DNA of 63,403 bases, counting the filler, from Basidiobolus meristosporus CBS 931.73 (lineage: Eukaryota; Fungi; Basidiobolomycota): NCBI GenBank assembly GCA_002104905.1. It is 4 parts of 4 records of this genome, joined end to end, with 100 filler letters (N's around TTAATTAATTAA, not from the genome) between each part and the next. Parts side by side here need not be neighbours in the genome. Positions count along the whole stretch, not along the records: positions 1 to 24,631 come from MCFE01000946.1; positions 24,732 to 36,753 come from MCFE01001258.1; 2 more parts are not named here. One strand, written 5' to 3'. The translations under genes were made by a program, and so were the position numbers. The stretch's first letter is position 1, and each line of letters begins with the position of its first letter. The notes under the pieces are model-generated. The model saw nothing but the letters and a program-made list of their open reading frames with translations. It made no database searches and was not told where the DNA came from. This document shows, piece after piece, positions 12,893 through 26,976 of this stretch.

Positions 12893-15800
12893 GTAGAAGT
12901 AGTATTTATAGTTTACATGGTCTTGGCATTACAAACACGCAGAATAGGTTAAGGAAGGTCCCAAGAACATGTGTGCAAAGTTTGGGGCTGTTTGGACAAC
13001 TTTGCAAATTTTCAAGTTCTGGGTACCTGGTTTTTTGGTGAAAATATTCTAAGTAAATCCCAACAAGGAATTTGGTCAGTATTCACTAGGATTTGAAGGT
13101 AATGATCTAAGTGACTAAGTTGGGGGAGTATTTAGGTGGAATTACAAATTTCTACAACACTCCCACTCATCTAAATGTTCATACTGACTAGTCCTAATTT
13201 TGACCTAAGATATTCAAACTTGTCTCTAGCTAATGGTTTGGTAAGTATGTCTGCAATCATTTCATCTGTAGAACAGTAAACTAAGCTAACTAGGTTATTC
13301 TCTATAGCTTCACATATGAAATGATGTCTGATATCTATGTGCTTAGTTCTAGCATGAAAAGTTGGATTTCTACCTAGTTGCATACATCCTTGATTATCTT
13401 GAAATAAAGTAATAGGTGTTTTTTGACATAGGCCTAAATCTGTAAAAAGCTTTCTAAACCACATTGCTTCTTTTGCAGCTTCACAGGCTGCCATGTACTC
13501 TGCCTCTGTGGTAGAAAGTGTTACGGTTGGTTGCTTTCTTGAGTTCCATGAGATTGCTACTTTACAGTCAAGAAAGGTGTGTCCTGTGGTAGAGCTTCTG
13601 TCTTCCAAATTTTGTCCCCAATCTGCATCAGAGTATCCCACAAGATCCTGTTCTGAATCCTTATAAGTGTATCTTAAGCAGTTATCAGCAGTTCCTTTTA
13701 GGTATCTAAAAATCCAGTTAACTGCTGCAATATGATCAGATTGGTAGTTCTGATTTTGCTGGCCAACAGCTCCCACTGAATATGAGATATCTGGATGTGT
13801 TCCAAGCATGATATACATCAGACTGCCAGCCATAGATTGATAAGGAAAGTCAGGGCTTTCAGATGGCGCCAAGCTCTCTTGATTTGGTTGAGTTTTGACC
13901 AAGTTAAGGTTTGTCTCCATTGGGGTAGCTACCAGTTTACAGTCTTCCATTTGGTACTTCTTTAGTATATCTTGAATATACTTGGATTGGCTTAGGGTAA
14001 TAGCTTGGGTACTTCTGTCTATGGAGAACTTAATCCCTAAGTAGCAACTGAGTTCTCCTAGATTGGACATCTTGAACTATTTAGATATGCTGTATTTAGT
14101 CTCTTCCAATGTAGCTAGGTTATTGGCAGCTATAATAAGATCATCCACATATAGAGCTAATAGAACTGGATTTGCTCTATCTGGTTTATAGTATATTCTA
14201 TAGTCAGCATTACTCCTTTTGAAACTCAAAGATTCCAAATAAGAATCTATCTTGCAATTCCAGGCTCTTGGTAATTGTTTGAGACCATATAGAGACTTTT
14301 TAAGCTTGCAGAGCAAATGGGGGTTATCTTGGTCAACAAACCCATCTGGCTGGTTCATATACATGTCCTCATCAAGTTCTCCATTCAAAAATGCAGCTTT
14401 TACATCCATTTGAAGAATAAAAAGCTTATATTTGGCTGCAATAGCCAATGTTAATCTGGTGGAATTAAACTTTGCTACCTGTGCAAAGGTTTCAGTATAG
14501 TCAAGTTCCTTTGTTTGAGAGTATCCTTTGGCCACAAGTCTTGCTTTGTATCTTTCAGTTGTACCATCAGCCTTGTATTTTGTCTTAAAGACCCATCTGC
14601 ATCCAATTGATTTATGGTAGATTGGCAATTTGACTAAGTCCAAAGTTTGATTTTCCATCAGGGCCTGATATTCCTCAGTCATTGCAGATCTCCAAAGCTT
14701 TGTCTGAGGGCTATTTAGGGCCTCTTTTACAGTCTGGGGTTCATCAATATGGACTGAATAGGCATAGGCTAAGTTTGTACCCTCATTGATATAGTAATTT
14801 GGGCTGTTTCTTGTCCAATTGGATCTCCGGGCATTTGATACTGGAATGATCACTTCTGGGATATTCCTGGGCACTGGTTCTGGCTGATCCATGGTAGTAG
14901 AGTCCTTTGGAGTGAAAAAAATTTCATTGTTTTGCTCTGATTCAATCCTGACAATTGGTGGACTTGAGATCAGATTCTTGTCATCATCTGATATCATTTT
15001 TTGTGAAAATTTTGAATTTTCATCAAAAAACACATCCTTGGACTTAATCAGCTTCTTTGCTTTGGTATTGTAGAGTCCCTATGCTTTACTCTCATTGCAG
15101 TAACCTAGAAATATGCATTTTACACTTTTTAGCTCAAATTTTGGCTGATTTCCAGGCAGTTTACTGGCATATGCTGTACGCCCAAATATTTGTAGATTTT
15201 CTGCACTTAGTCTGTATCCATACCATGCTTCAAATGTAGTAGAATCACAAAGTATTCTGTTATAACTCCTATTTTTAAGATATACAGCAATGGCAACTGA
15301 TTGCGCCCAAAAATCACTGGATAATTTTTGATCATGGATCATAGATCTTGCCATATCAATTGTTGATCTGTTAGCATGTTCTGCTACTCCATTTTGCTGT
15401 GGGGAGTATGGTACAGTAGTCTCTTGCTTTAACCCATGAATCTTGCAGAGGTGGATGAAGAGGTTAGAGGTATATTCTCCACCGTTGTCAGAGCATATTT
15501 TCTTGATTTTTTTACCAGTTTCACTCTCCACCATGGCTTTAAGCTCCCTGAGCTTAGACAGAGCTTCTTCCTTTCTCTCCATGAGGTAGGCCCATGTGTA
15601 TCTTGTATAATCATCAACAAAAGTGATTAAGTACTTCATCCCACCTAAGGATAAATTTTGCATAGGTCTACACAGATCTGAGTGAATTAGATCTAGTTTT
15701 TTCTTAGTTTTGATAAACTCAGAGCTCTTGAACAGTTGCCAGGCTTGTTTCCCATATATGCAGGCTTCACAATGCTCCAAACTAGCTGGGGGATTAATTT

Positions 15801-17060
15801 TTACTCCAGAAATTAGCTGATCTTTGATCATTTTGCGCAAATAATCAAAATTGATGTGCCCAAATTCCCTGTGCCAATGCATTGGTGTTTCTTCATATAA
15901 GTTACTTATATTGGCTTCCACATATGATGGAATATAAGTCAACTTGTATAGATTCTGATCTCTGATACCCAGAGCAATATGGGCACCATTTTAATCAGTG
16001 ATCTTGCATCCAGAATTGTCAAAGCTGAAACTGAGTCCTTCTGCAGTGGCCTTGCTTACAGATAGTAGGTTCTTGGCTACTTCTGGTACATATAGTACTT
16101 TGTTGAAAGTCAGTGTATGGCTTCCTTCACTGCTTTGTAGATTTACTTGGATAGTTCCTTCTCCCACTGCATCAAGTGTTCTATTGTAACCCATGAAAAC
16201 CGTTTTAATTGGAATTTCTTGATATTGGGTAAAAAGTTCTTTTTGGTGTGTAAAGTATTGAGATGCTCCAGAGTCAGTGTACCATGTCTGAGAATTCTTT
16301 TTTGCGGTCATATTTAGTGCAGATATGAATAGTCTATCTTCAGTTGTTGCAGCATTTCCATATTCAGGCTTTTTCAGCTGACCATCTTTCTTTTTGAAGC
16401 ACCAGTCTGATGTGTGTCCTTTCCTTTTGCAGTAGTTGCAAAACTTGTAGCTGTTGCCTTTTTGGGGTCTTGGGTACCTCCTTTGTGCATTATCATTACT
16501 TATTAAAGCATTTTTCTTCTTCCTTCTTATTGGCGCTTGATTTTCTTAATTCTTCATCTGGGAGCCTTCCATATATGTAATTTAAGGTTGAATCTTCAGT
16601 TCTGGACTCTAGGGCTGATACAAGGCCCTGAAACCTGTCTGTCAGGCTATTCTGGATGGTAACTATCACATCCTCATCAGTAGTTGGTACGCCCACAGAT
16701 TCCAACTCATCTACCAGCAAGGTAATTCTGTTAATTAGATTTTTCATTTCTTCTCCCGGCTGCATCTTTGTAGAAAGAATTTTTGTCTCAGATACATTTT
16801 CTTAGCAGCTGAACATGACTGGTAAGTGTCTTCTAATGCCTTCCAGGCATTATTTGCCGTTTTTGCTCTTGAGCATTGAATTAGCAATTTGTCCTTGACA
16901 TTAAGGCATATGCAGTTAAAGGCACTTTGTTCTTTCTTCTGGTACTTTAAGGCTTCCTCTCCCATGTTTTTAGGAGGGCATTCTTCTCTCATGACAATAT
17001 CACACAGGCCTCTTTCTTGTAGCAGCATCTTCATCTTTACCTTCCACACTTGGTAGTTAG
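12893..17060 (-). mobile_element. Copia, both ends truncated (partial 3' LTR 12893-13159; gag interrupted at 17060)
   Basis: RH, RT, IN, PR and gag ORF fragments in the ORF track. PPT CTCCCACTC at 13160-13168. Confidence 0.93.
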
Positions 17061-20000
17061 TGTTGTAAAAAAATTCGTATTTCCACCTAAATATTCACCT
17101 AACTTAGTCACTTAGATCATCACCTTCAAATCCTAGAGAATACTGACTAAATTCCTTGTCAGGATTTACTTAGAATATTTACCCAGAACATGAAAATTCT
17201 CAAAGTTGTCCAAACAGCCCCAAACTTTGCACACATGCTCTTGGGACCTTCCTTAACCTATTCTACGTGCTTGTAATGCCAAGACCAGGTAAAAGTATAA
17301 ATACTACTTTTACATTCAATAAATCATTAAGTGAAAACCACATAATCTACTTGTTCTCCCAATCATTTCCAATATCTCCAAGACTCTTACAACAGGTTAT
17401 GAGCCCCAAGCTGTCACTCTCTGCAATGTCTACTACTGCTATTACTGGAATTTCTCCCTCTGCTGAAAAGTTGGATGGCTCTAACTACCAAGTGTGGAAG
17501 GTGAAGATGAAGATGCTGCTACAAGAAAGAGGCCTTTGGGATATTGTCATGGGAGAAGAATGCCCTCCTAAAAATGTGGGAGAGGAAGCCTTAAAGTACC
17601 AGAAGAAAGAATAAAGTGCCTTTAACTGCATATGCCTTAATGTTAAGGACAAATTGCTAATTCAATGCTCAAGAGCAAAAACGGCAAAGAATGCCCGGAA
17701 AGCATTAGAAGACACCTACCAGTCATGTTCAGCTGCCAAGAAGATGTATCTGAGACGAAAATTCTTTACTACAAAGATGCTGCCAGGAGAAGAAATGAAA
17801 AATCTAATTAACAGAATTACCTTGCTGGTAGATGAAACGGTATCTGTGGGCATACCAGCTACTGATGAGGATTTCATAGTTACCATCCTGAATAGCCTGA
17901 CAGACATGTTTCAGGGCCTTGTATCAGCCCTAGAGTCAAGAACTTAAGATTTGACCTTATATTTCATATATGGAAGGCTCCTGGATGAAGAATTAAGAAA
18001 ATCAAGCGCCAATAAGAAGGAAGAAGAAAATGTTTTAATATGCAATGATAACCAACAAAGGAGGTACCCAAGACCCTGCAAAGACAACAGCAACCTGTTT
18101 TGCAACTACTGCAAAAGGAAAGGACATATATCAGACTGGTGCTTCAAAAAGAAAGATAGTCAGCAGAAAAAGCCTGAATATGGAAGTGCTGCAACAACTG
18201 AAGATAGACTATTCATATCTGCACTATGTGTGACCACAAACAAGGACTCTCAGACGTGGTAGATTGACTCTGGAGCATCTCAACACTTTACACACCAAAA
18301 AGAAACTTTTTACCCAATATCAAGAAATTCCAACTAAGAAGGTTTTCATGGGTGACAATAGAACACTTGATGCAGTGGGAGAAGGAACTATCCAAGTAAA
18401 CCTACAAAGCAGTGAAGGAAGCCATACACTGACTTTCAAAGAAGTGCTCTATGTACTAGAAATAGCCAAGAACCTACTATTTGTAAGCAAGGCCACTGCA
18501 GAAGGACTCAGTTTCAGCTTTGACAATTCTGGATGCAAGATCACCAATCAAAATGGTGCCCATATTGCTTTGGGTATCAGAGATCAGAATCCAAGCAAGT
18601 TGACTTATATTCCATCATATTTGGAAGCCAATATAAGTAACTTAAATGAGGAAACACCAATGCTTTGGTACAGGAGATTTGGGTGCATCAATTTGATTAT
18701 TTGCGCAAAATGATCAAAGTTCAGCTAATTTCTGGAGTAAAAATTGATCCCCCAGCTAATTTGGAGCACTGTGAAGCCTGCATATACAGGAAACAAGCCA
18801 GACAACTGTTGAAGAGCTCTGGGTTGATCAAGATTAAGAAAAAATTAAATCTAATTCACTCAGATCTTTGTGGACCTATGCAAAATTTATCCTCAGGTGG
18901 GATGAAGCATTTAATCACTTTTATTGATGATTATACAAGTTACACATGGGTCTACTTCATGGAGAGAAACAAAGAAGCTCTGTCTAAACTCAGGGAGTTT
19001 AAAGCCATGGTGGAGAGAGAAACTGGTGAAAAAATCAAGAAAATACGCTCTGACAATGGTGGAGGATATACCTCCAAACTCTTCATCCACTTCTGCAAAA
19101 TTCATGGGATAAAGCAAGACACCACTGTACCATACTCCCCACAGCAAAATGGAGTAGCAGAATGTGCTAACAGATCAATAATTGATATGGCAAGATCCAT
19201 GATCCATGATCAAAAATTATCCTATGATTATGGGCAGAATCAGTTGCCACTGCTGAATATCTTAAAAATAGGAGTTATAACAGAATACTTTATGATTCTA
19301 CTCCATTTGAAGCATGGTATGGATGCAGACAAAGTGCAGAACATCTAAGAATGTTTGGGTGTACAGCATATGCCAAGAAACTGCCGGGAAATCAGTCAAA
19401 TTTGAGCCAAAAAGTGTAAAATGCATATTTTTGGGCTACTGCAATGAGAGTAAAACATACAGACTCTAAAATACCAAAGCAACAAAGCTAAACAAGTCCA
19501 GGGATGTGTTGTTTGATGAAAATTCAAAAATTTCACCAAAAATGACATCAGATGATGACAAAAATCTGATCTCAAGTCCACCAATTGTCAGGATTGAATC
19601 AGAGCAAAACAATGAAAATTTTTTCACTCCAGAGGACTTTACAACTGTGGTTCAGCCAGAATCAGTGCCCAGGAATATCCCAGAAGTGATCATTCCAGTA
19701 TCAAATGCCTGGAGATCTAATTGGACAAGAAATAGCCCAAATTACTATATCAATGAGGGTACAAACTTAGCCTATGCCTATTCAGTCCATATTGATGAGC
19801 CCCAGACTGTAAAAAGGCCCTAAAAAGCCCCCAGACAAAGTTTTGGAGATCTGCAATGACTGAGGAATATCAGGCCCTGATGAAAATCAAACTTGGGACT
19901 TGGTCAAATTACCAATCAACCAAAAATCAATTGGATGCAGATGGGTCTTCAAGACAAAATACAAGGCTGGTGGTACAATTGAAAGATACAAAGCAAGACT

Positions 20001-20562
20001 TGTAGCCAAAGGATACTCTCAAACAAAAGGACTTGACTATACTGAGACCTTTGCATTGGTAGCCAAGTTTAATTCCATCAGATTAATATTGGCTATTTCA
20101 GCCAAATATAAGTTTTTTATTCATCAAGTGGATGTAAAACTGCATTTTTGAATGGAGAACTTGATGAGGATGTGTATATGGACCAGCCTGATGGGCTTGT
20201 TGACCAAGATAACCCCCTTTTGGTCTGCAAGCTTAAAAATTCACTCTATGGTCTTAAACAATCACTGAGAGCCTGGAATTGCAAGATAAATTCTTATTTG
20301 GAATCTTTGAGTTTCAGAAGGAGTAATGCTGACTATAGTATATACTCTATGCAAGATAGAGCAAATCCAATTTTATTAGCTCTATATGTGGATGATCTTA
20401 TTATAGCTGTCAATAACCTAGCAACATAGGAAGAGACAAAATCCAGCCTATCTAAGGAGTTCAAGATGTCCAATCTAGGAGAACTCAGTTACTACTTAGG
20501 GATTAAGTTCTCCATAGACAGAAGTACCCAGACTATTACCCTAAGCCAATCCAAGTATATAC
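17061..20562 (+). mobile_element. Copia (5' LTR 17061-17394 with ~17-bp deletion, PBS, gag-PR-IN-RT), cut off in RT
   Basis: The LTR directly abuts the gag of the previous copy. PBS GGTTATGAGCCC at 17395. Multiple stops. Confidence 0.93.
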
Positions 20563-23500
20563 TGTTGTAAGAGTCTTGGAGATATTGGAAGTGATTTGGA
20601 GAACAAGTAGATTATGTGGTTTTCACTTAATGATTTATTGAATGTAAAAGTAGTATTTATACTTTTACATGGTCTTGGCATTGCAAACACGTAGAATAGG
20701 TTAAGGAAGGTCCCAAGAACATGTGTGCAAAGTTTGGGGCTGTTTGGACAACTTTGAGAATTTTCATGTTCTGGGTACCTGGTATTTTGGTGAAAATATT
20801 CTAAGTAAATCCCGACAAGGAATTTGGTCAGTATTCTCTAGGATTTGAAGGTGATGATCTGAGTGACTAAGTTAGGTGAATATTTAGGTGGAAAATACGA
20901 ATTTTTACAACACTCCCACTCAGCTAAATGTTCATACTGACTAGTCCTAATTTTGACCTAAGATATTCAAACTTGTCTCTAGCTAATGGTTTGGTAAATA
21001 TGTCTGCAATCATTTCATCTGTAGGACAGTAAACTAAGCTAACTAAGTTATTCTCTATAGCTTCACGTATGAAATGATGTCTAATATCTATGTGCTTGGT
21101 TCTAGCATGAAAAGTTGGATTTCTACCTAATTGTATACATCCTTGATTATCTTGAAATAAAGTAATAGGCGTTTTTTGACATAGGCCTAAATCTGTAAAG
21201 AGCTTTCTTAACCACATTGCTTCTTTTGTAGCTTCACAGGCTGCCATATACTCTGCCTCTGTAGTAGAAAGTGCTACGGTTGGTTGCTTTCTGGAATTCC
21301 ATGAAATGGCTCCTTTACAGTAGAGAAAGGTGTATCCTGTGGTGGATCTTCTGTCTTCTAAATTTTGTCCCCAATCAGCATCAGAGTATCCCACAAGATC
21401 CTGTTCTGAATCCTTATAAGTGTATCTTAAGCAGATATCAGCAGTTCCTTTTAGGTATCTAAAAATCCGCTTAACTGCTGCAATATGATCAGATCCATAA
21501 TTCTGATTATGTTGGCTGACAACTCCCACTGAATATGAGATATCTGGACGTGTTCCAAGCATGATATAGATCAGTTTCAGATGGCACCAAGCTCTCTTGA
21601 TTTGGTTGAGTTTTGACCAAGTTAAGGTTTGTCTCCATTGGGGTAGCTGCCGGTTTACAGTCTTCCATTTTGTACTTCTTTAGTATATCTTGAATATACT
21701 TGGATTGGCTTAGGGTAATAGTCTGGGTACTTCTGTCTATGGAGAACTTAATCCCTAAGTAGTAACTAAGTTCTCCTAGATCGGACATCTTGAACTCCTT
21801 AGATAGGCTGGATTTAGTCTCTTCCAATGTTTCTAGGTTATTGGCGGCTATAATAAGATCATCCACATATAGAGCTAATAGAACTGGATTTGCTCTATCT
21901 GGCTTATAGTATATACTATAGTCAGCATTACTCCTTTTGAAACTCAAAGATTCCAAATAAGAATCTATCTTGCAATTCCAGGCTCTCGGTGATTGTTTGA
22001 GACCATATAGTGACTTTTTAAGCTTGCAGACCAAATGGGGGTTATCTTGGTCAACAAACCCATCAGGCTGGTCCATATACACGTCCTCATCAAGTTCTCC
22101 ATTCAAAAATGCAGTTTTTACATCCATTTGATGAATAAAAACTTATATTTGGCTGCAATAGCCAATATTAATCTGATGAATTAAACTTGGCTACCGGTGC
22201 AAAGGTCTCAGTATAGTCAAGTCCTTTTGTTTGAGAGTATCCTTTGGCTACAAGTCTTGCTTTGTATCTTTCAATTGTACCATCAGCCTTGTATTTTGTC
22301 TTAAAGACCCATCTGCATCCAATTGATTTTCGGTTGATTGGTAATTTGACTAAGTCCCAAGTTTGATTTTCCATCAGGGCCTGATATTCCTCAGTCATTG
22401 CAGATCTCCAAAACTTTGTCTGAGGGCTATTTAGGGCCTCTTTTACAGTCTGGGGTTCATCAACATGGACTGAATAGGCATAGGCTAAGTTTGTACCCTC
22501 ATTGATATAGTAATTTGGGCTATTTCTTGTCCGATTGGATCTCCGGGCATTTGATACTGGAATGATCACTTCTGGGATATTCCTGGGCACTGATTCTGGC
22601 TGAACCACGGTTGTAGAGTCCTCTGGAGTGAAAAAATTTTCATTGTTTTGCTCTGATTCAATCCTGACAATTGGTGGACTTGAGATCAAATTTTCGTCAT
22701 CATCTGATGTCATTTTTTGTGAAAATTTTGAATTTTCATCAAACAACACATCCCTGGACTTGATCAGCTTCTTTGCTTTGGTATTGTAGAGTCTGTATGC
22801 CTTACTCTCATTGCAGTAGCCCAAAAATATGCATTTTACACTTTTTGGCTCAAATTTTGACTGATTTCCGGCCAGTTTTTTGGCATATGCTGTACACCCA
22901 AATATTCTTAGATGTTCTGCACTTGGTCTGTATCCATACCATGCTTCAAATGGAGTAGAATCACAAAGTATTCTGTTATAACTCCTATTTTTAAGATATA
23001 CAGCAGTGGCAACTGATTCCGCCCAAAAATCATAGGATAATTTTTGATCATGGATCATAGATCTTGCCATATCAATTATTGATCTGTTAGCTCGTTCTGC
23101 TACTCCATTTTGCTGTGGGGAGTATGGTACAGTAGTCTCTTGCTTTATCCCATGAATTTTGCAGAAGTGGATGAAGAGTTTTGAGGTATATTCTCCACCA
23201 TTGTCAGAGCGTATTTTCTTGATTTTTTCACCAGTTTCTCTCTCCACCATGGCTTTAAACTCCCTGAGCTTAGACAGAGCTTCTTCCTTTCTCTCCATGA
23301 AGTAGACCCATGTGTATCTTGTATAATCATCAATAAAAGTGATTAAATACTTCATCCCGCCTAAGGATAAATTTTGCATAGGTCCACACAGATCTGAGTG
23401 AATTAGATCTAATTTTTTCTTAGTTTTGATTAACCCAGAGCTCTTGAACGGTTGTCTGGCTTGTTTCCCATATATGCAGGCTTCACAGTGCTCCAAATTA

Positions 23501-24631
23501 GCTGGGGGATCAATTTTCACTCCAGAAATTAGCTGATCTTTGATCATTTTACGCAAATAATCAAAATTGATGTGTCCAAATCTCCTGTGCCAAAGCATTG
23601 GTGTTTCTTCATTTAAGTTACTTATATTGGCTTCCAGATATGATGGAATATAAGTCAACTTGTATAGGTTCTGATCTCTGATGCCCGAAGCAATATGGGC
23701 ACCATTTTGATCAGTGATCCTGCATCCAGAATTGTCAAAACTGAAACTGAGTCCTTCTGCTGTGGCCTTGCTTACAGAGAGTAGGTTCTTGGCTATTTCT
23801 GGTACATAGAGTACTTCTTTAAAGGTCAGTGTATGGCTTCCTTCACTGCTTCTAAGGTTTACTTGGATAGTTCCTTCTCCCACTGCATCAAGTGTTCTAT
23901 CGTCACCCATGAAAACCTTCTTAATTGGAATTTCTTGATATTGGGTAAAAAGTTCTTTTTGGTGTGTAAAGTGTTGAGAAGCTCCAGAGTCAATATACCA
24001 CGTCTGAGAATCCTTGTTTGTGGTCATATTTAGTGCAGATATGAATAGTCTATCTTCAGTTGTTGCAGCATTTCCATATTCAGGCTTCTTTTGCTGATAA
24101 TCTCTCTTTTTGAAACACCGGTCTGATGTGTGTCCTTTCCTTTTGCAGTAGTTGCAAAATAGGTTGCTGTTGCCTTTGTAGGGTCTTGGGTACCTCCTTT
24201 GTTGGTTATCATTGCTTATTAAAGCATTTTCTTCTTCCTTCTTATTGGCGCTTGATTTTCTTAATTCTTCATCCAGGAGCCTTCCATATACGTAATTTAA
24301 GGTCAAATCTTCAGTTCTGGACTCTAGGGCTGATACAAGGCCCTGAAACTCGTCTGTCAGGCTATTCAGGATGGTAACTATCACATCCTCATCAGTAGTT
24401 GGTACGCCCACAGATTCCATCTCATCTACCAGCAGGGTAATTCTGTTAATTAGATTTTTCATTTCTTCTCCTGGCAGCATCTTTGTAGTAAAGAATTTTC
24501 TTCTCAGATACATTTTCTTGGCAGCTGAACATGACTGGTAGGTGTCTTCTAATGCTCTTCCAGGCATTCTTTGCCGTTTTTTGCTCTTGAGCATTGAATT
24601 AGCAATTTGTCCTTGACATTAAGGCAAATGC
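20563..24631 (-). mobile_element. Young Copia (3' LTR 20563-20912), 5' end runs into an assembly gap
   Basis: 808-aa open gag-PR-IN-RT segment. 1-bp deletion near 22160 and ~35-bp deletion near 21575. Retains more CpGs than the other copies. Confidence 0.95.
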
Positions 24632-24731
24632 NNNNNNNNNNNNNNNNNNNNNNNNNNNNNNNNNNNNNNNNNNNNTTAATTAATTAANNNNNNNNNNNNN
24701 NNNNNNNNNNNNNNNNNNNNNNNNNNNNNNN
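24632..24731. other. Assembly gap with TTAATTAATTAA stop-codon linker
   Basis: N-run containing a linker with stops in all six frames. Identical to the other two gaps. Confidence 0.98.
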
Positions 24732-25218
24732 AGGTTGAAGTAATCAAGAATCTGAAGCAGCCCTATAACAAATCAGAACTCAAAGCATTCCTCAGAATGG
24801 TTTCCTATTATTGGGGATTTCTCAAGTCCTTTGCCAAAATTGCAGGCCTTTTAACTGATATTCTCAAGAAAGACAACACCTACAAGTGGGACATAGCTTG
24901 TGAGACTGCTGCTCAGATGATCAAGAATGAACTTGCTGAGCTGCCAAGCCTAAGAATACCTAACTTCTGAAAAGAGTTTACTCTGTACACAAATACTTCT
25001 GATTATGCAATTGGTGGAGTGTTGGCCAAGAACACAAAGGAAAGGACCACCTAGTGGCCTTTGAATCCAAGAAGCTGAACTCAGCAGAACAAAGCTATCC
25101 AGTGCATGAGAAGGAGATGCTTGCTATAGAACACTGCTTGAAGACATGGAGATGCTATATTCAAGGAGTAAAATGCACCATGAAGACTGATGATGCCTCC
25201 CTCCAGAATATATTTTGT

Positions 25219-25577
25219 GAGTGGGAGTGCTGAAATAATTAGGAGTTCTCCTAATTATCAATATATTGTGAACTAGCACTGAGTTTAAATTACATATTTC
25301 AGAATATTAACATGGAAACTAGTTTGTAAGATAATTGCTAATTATCAGAAATTAGTGAAATACATAATTTTAGGAATATCTGAAACTTGTCCAAATGAGC
25401 TGAAACCTGGCATATGTGCTCCTGAGACTTCCCTAAGACTGAACAAATAGTTACATATATGTAGTTCTGCAATAAGTATAAATGCTGTGTTACAATTCAC
25501 TAAAGCAATAAGTAAATATCATGTAAATCTTCCTATTCTCCATTTCACTTCCAATATATATCTTTAATATTTCAATA
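25219..25577 (+). mobile_element. PPT plus 350-bp LTR of a second Copia family
   Basis: GAGTGGGAG (25219-25227) followed by TGCTGAAATA...TATTTCAATA (decayed terminal inverted repeat). Has a TATAAAT box and the same length as the main family LTR. Confidence 0.7.
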
Positions 25578-26976
25578 GTTAATACACTCAGCAATTTGAT
25601 ATGGAGATTGCGCATTACCCTGGGAAAAATCACACGGTTGCTGATGCCTTATCAAGATTGGAATAAGTTGCACAACTCAACTTGGTGCATGAATCAGATT
25701 GGCCTTGCCTTTTATCAAAATACTTGGAGACCAAGCCATTCCTAACATGGTGTATGAGGAGATCAAGCAGATAATCCAGGATGAAGCCAGCTAATTTGTG
25801 GTACAAGAGGAATCACTCTACCAAATTGTTGATGGAAGCCCCATTGCCAATTGCACTTATGTTGCTTGCCTGGATTTAATACATAAGCTACACAATGGAT
25901 ATGGACATCTTAGAATTGAAGGAACCTATAGCCTTGTGAAAGTCACAACATGGTGGCCCAGAATGAAACAAGACATCAAGAAGCTAGTGAAAACATGCCC
26001 AAATTTCCAAATCAACCCAGGCCAACCACAAAAAATTGTTGGACTCTGTCCATTGGAGCCTGTAGAATCATTTGAAAGATGGATAATTGATCTTATTGGG
26101 AGACCGCCAACTACCAGATAAGCAACCATGGGGTCCTAGTAGCAATTAACCATGCCACCAAATGGCCTGTGGCTAAAGCAGTATCTGTAGCCAGTGAGCA
26201 ACAAGTTGAAAGTTTCATATACCATGAGATCCTTATGAAGTTTGGATGCCCTGTAGCAATTCTATACAATAAAGTAGCAAACTTTATGGCAAAGACACTG
26301 AAAGCTTACCTGAATATGCAACACATCAGACACTTGAAAATTTTGGTATATCGCCCTAGAACTATTGGACTCACTGACCGGTTTAATGGATCATTTGGAA
26401 AAATGCTGACTAAGTATGCAAATGGAGCTGTCAACAGATGGGAAGAGTATATAGACCAAGCACTTTTTGCATGCAAAGTTAGAGTACACAACACCACCTA
26501 ACAATTGCCATTGTACTTAGTGTATGGATGTGAGCCAAGGATTCTGCAAGATCTCACACATCCAAAGCTTACAGATGCCTTAGAAGATGAACTTAGTCAG
26601 CCAAGTAAGCACCAGCAGCTGGAACAAAGATGTCAAGAGGCACAAGCCAAAGTATCTTAAAGTGCAGAAAAGATGAAGCAGATATTTGTCAAGACTATAT
26701 TACTAAAAGCATTGACAGTTGGGAGCTTTGTATTGATGAGATACAATACATGGAAGAAGTTTGAGCCACAATAGACAAGACCTTTGAAGATCATCAGAGA
26801 ATGTCCATTTGCAGCTTACCAACTAGTCAACAAACTAGGGAATATTTGGAAAGATTTAGTTCATAGAGACAGACTCAATTTTGCAAGACTTGCCAACAAT
26901 ACTGAACCATCATGATAATGGTATCACAAGAAAAGAGACTCAGAAGAACCCTCTCAACTATAGTTAGGCAGAATGT

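Noticed and set aside
24676-24687. TTAATTAATTAA palindrome, also in the gaps at 36754-36853 and 51027-51126
   Set aside because: Artificial six-frame stop linker inside fixed 100-bp gaps. ORFs ending in LIN are artefacts.
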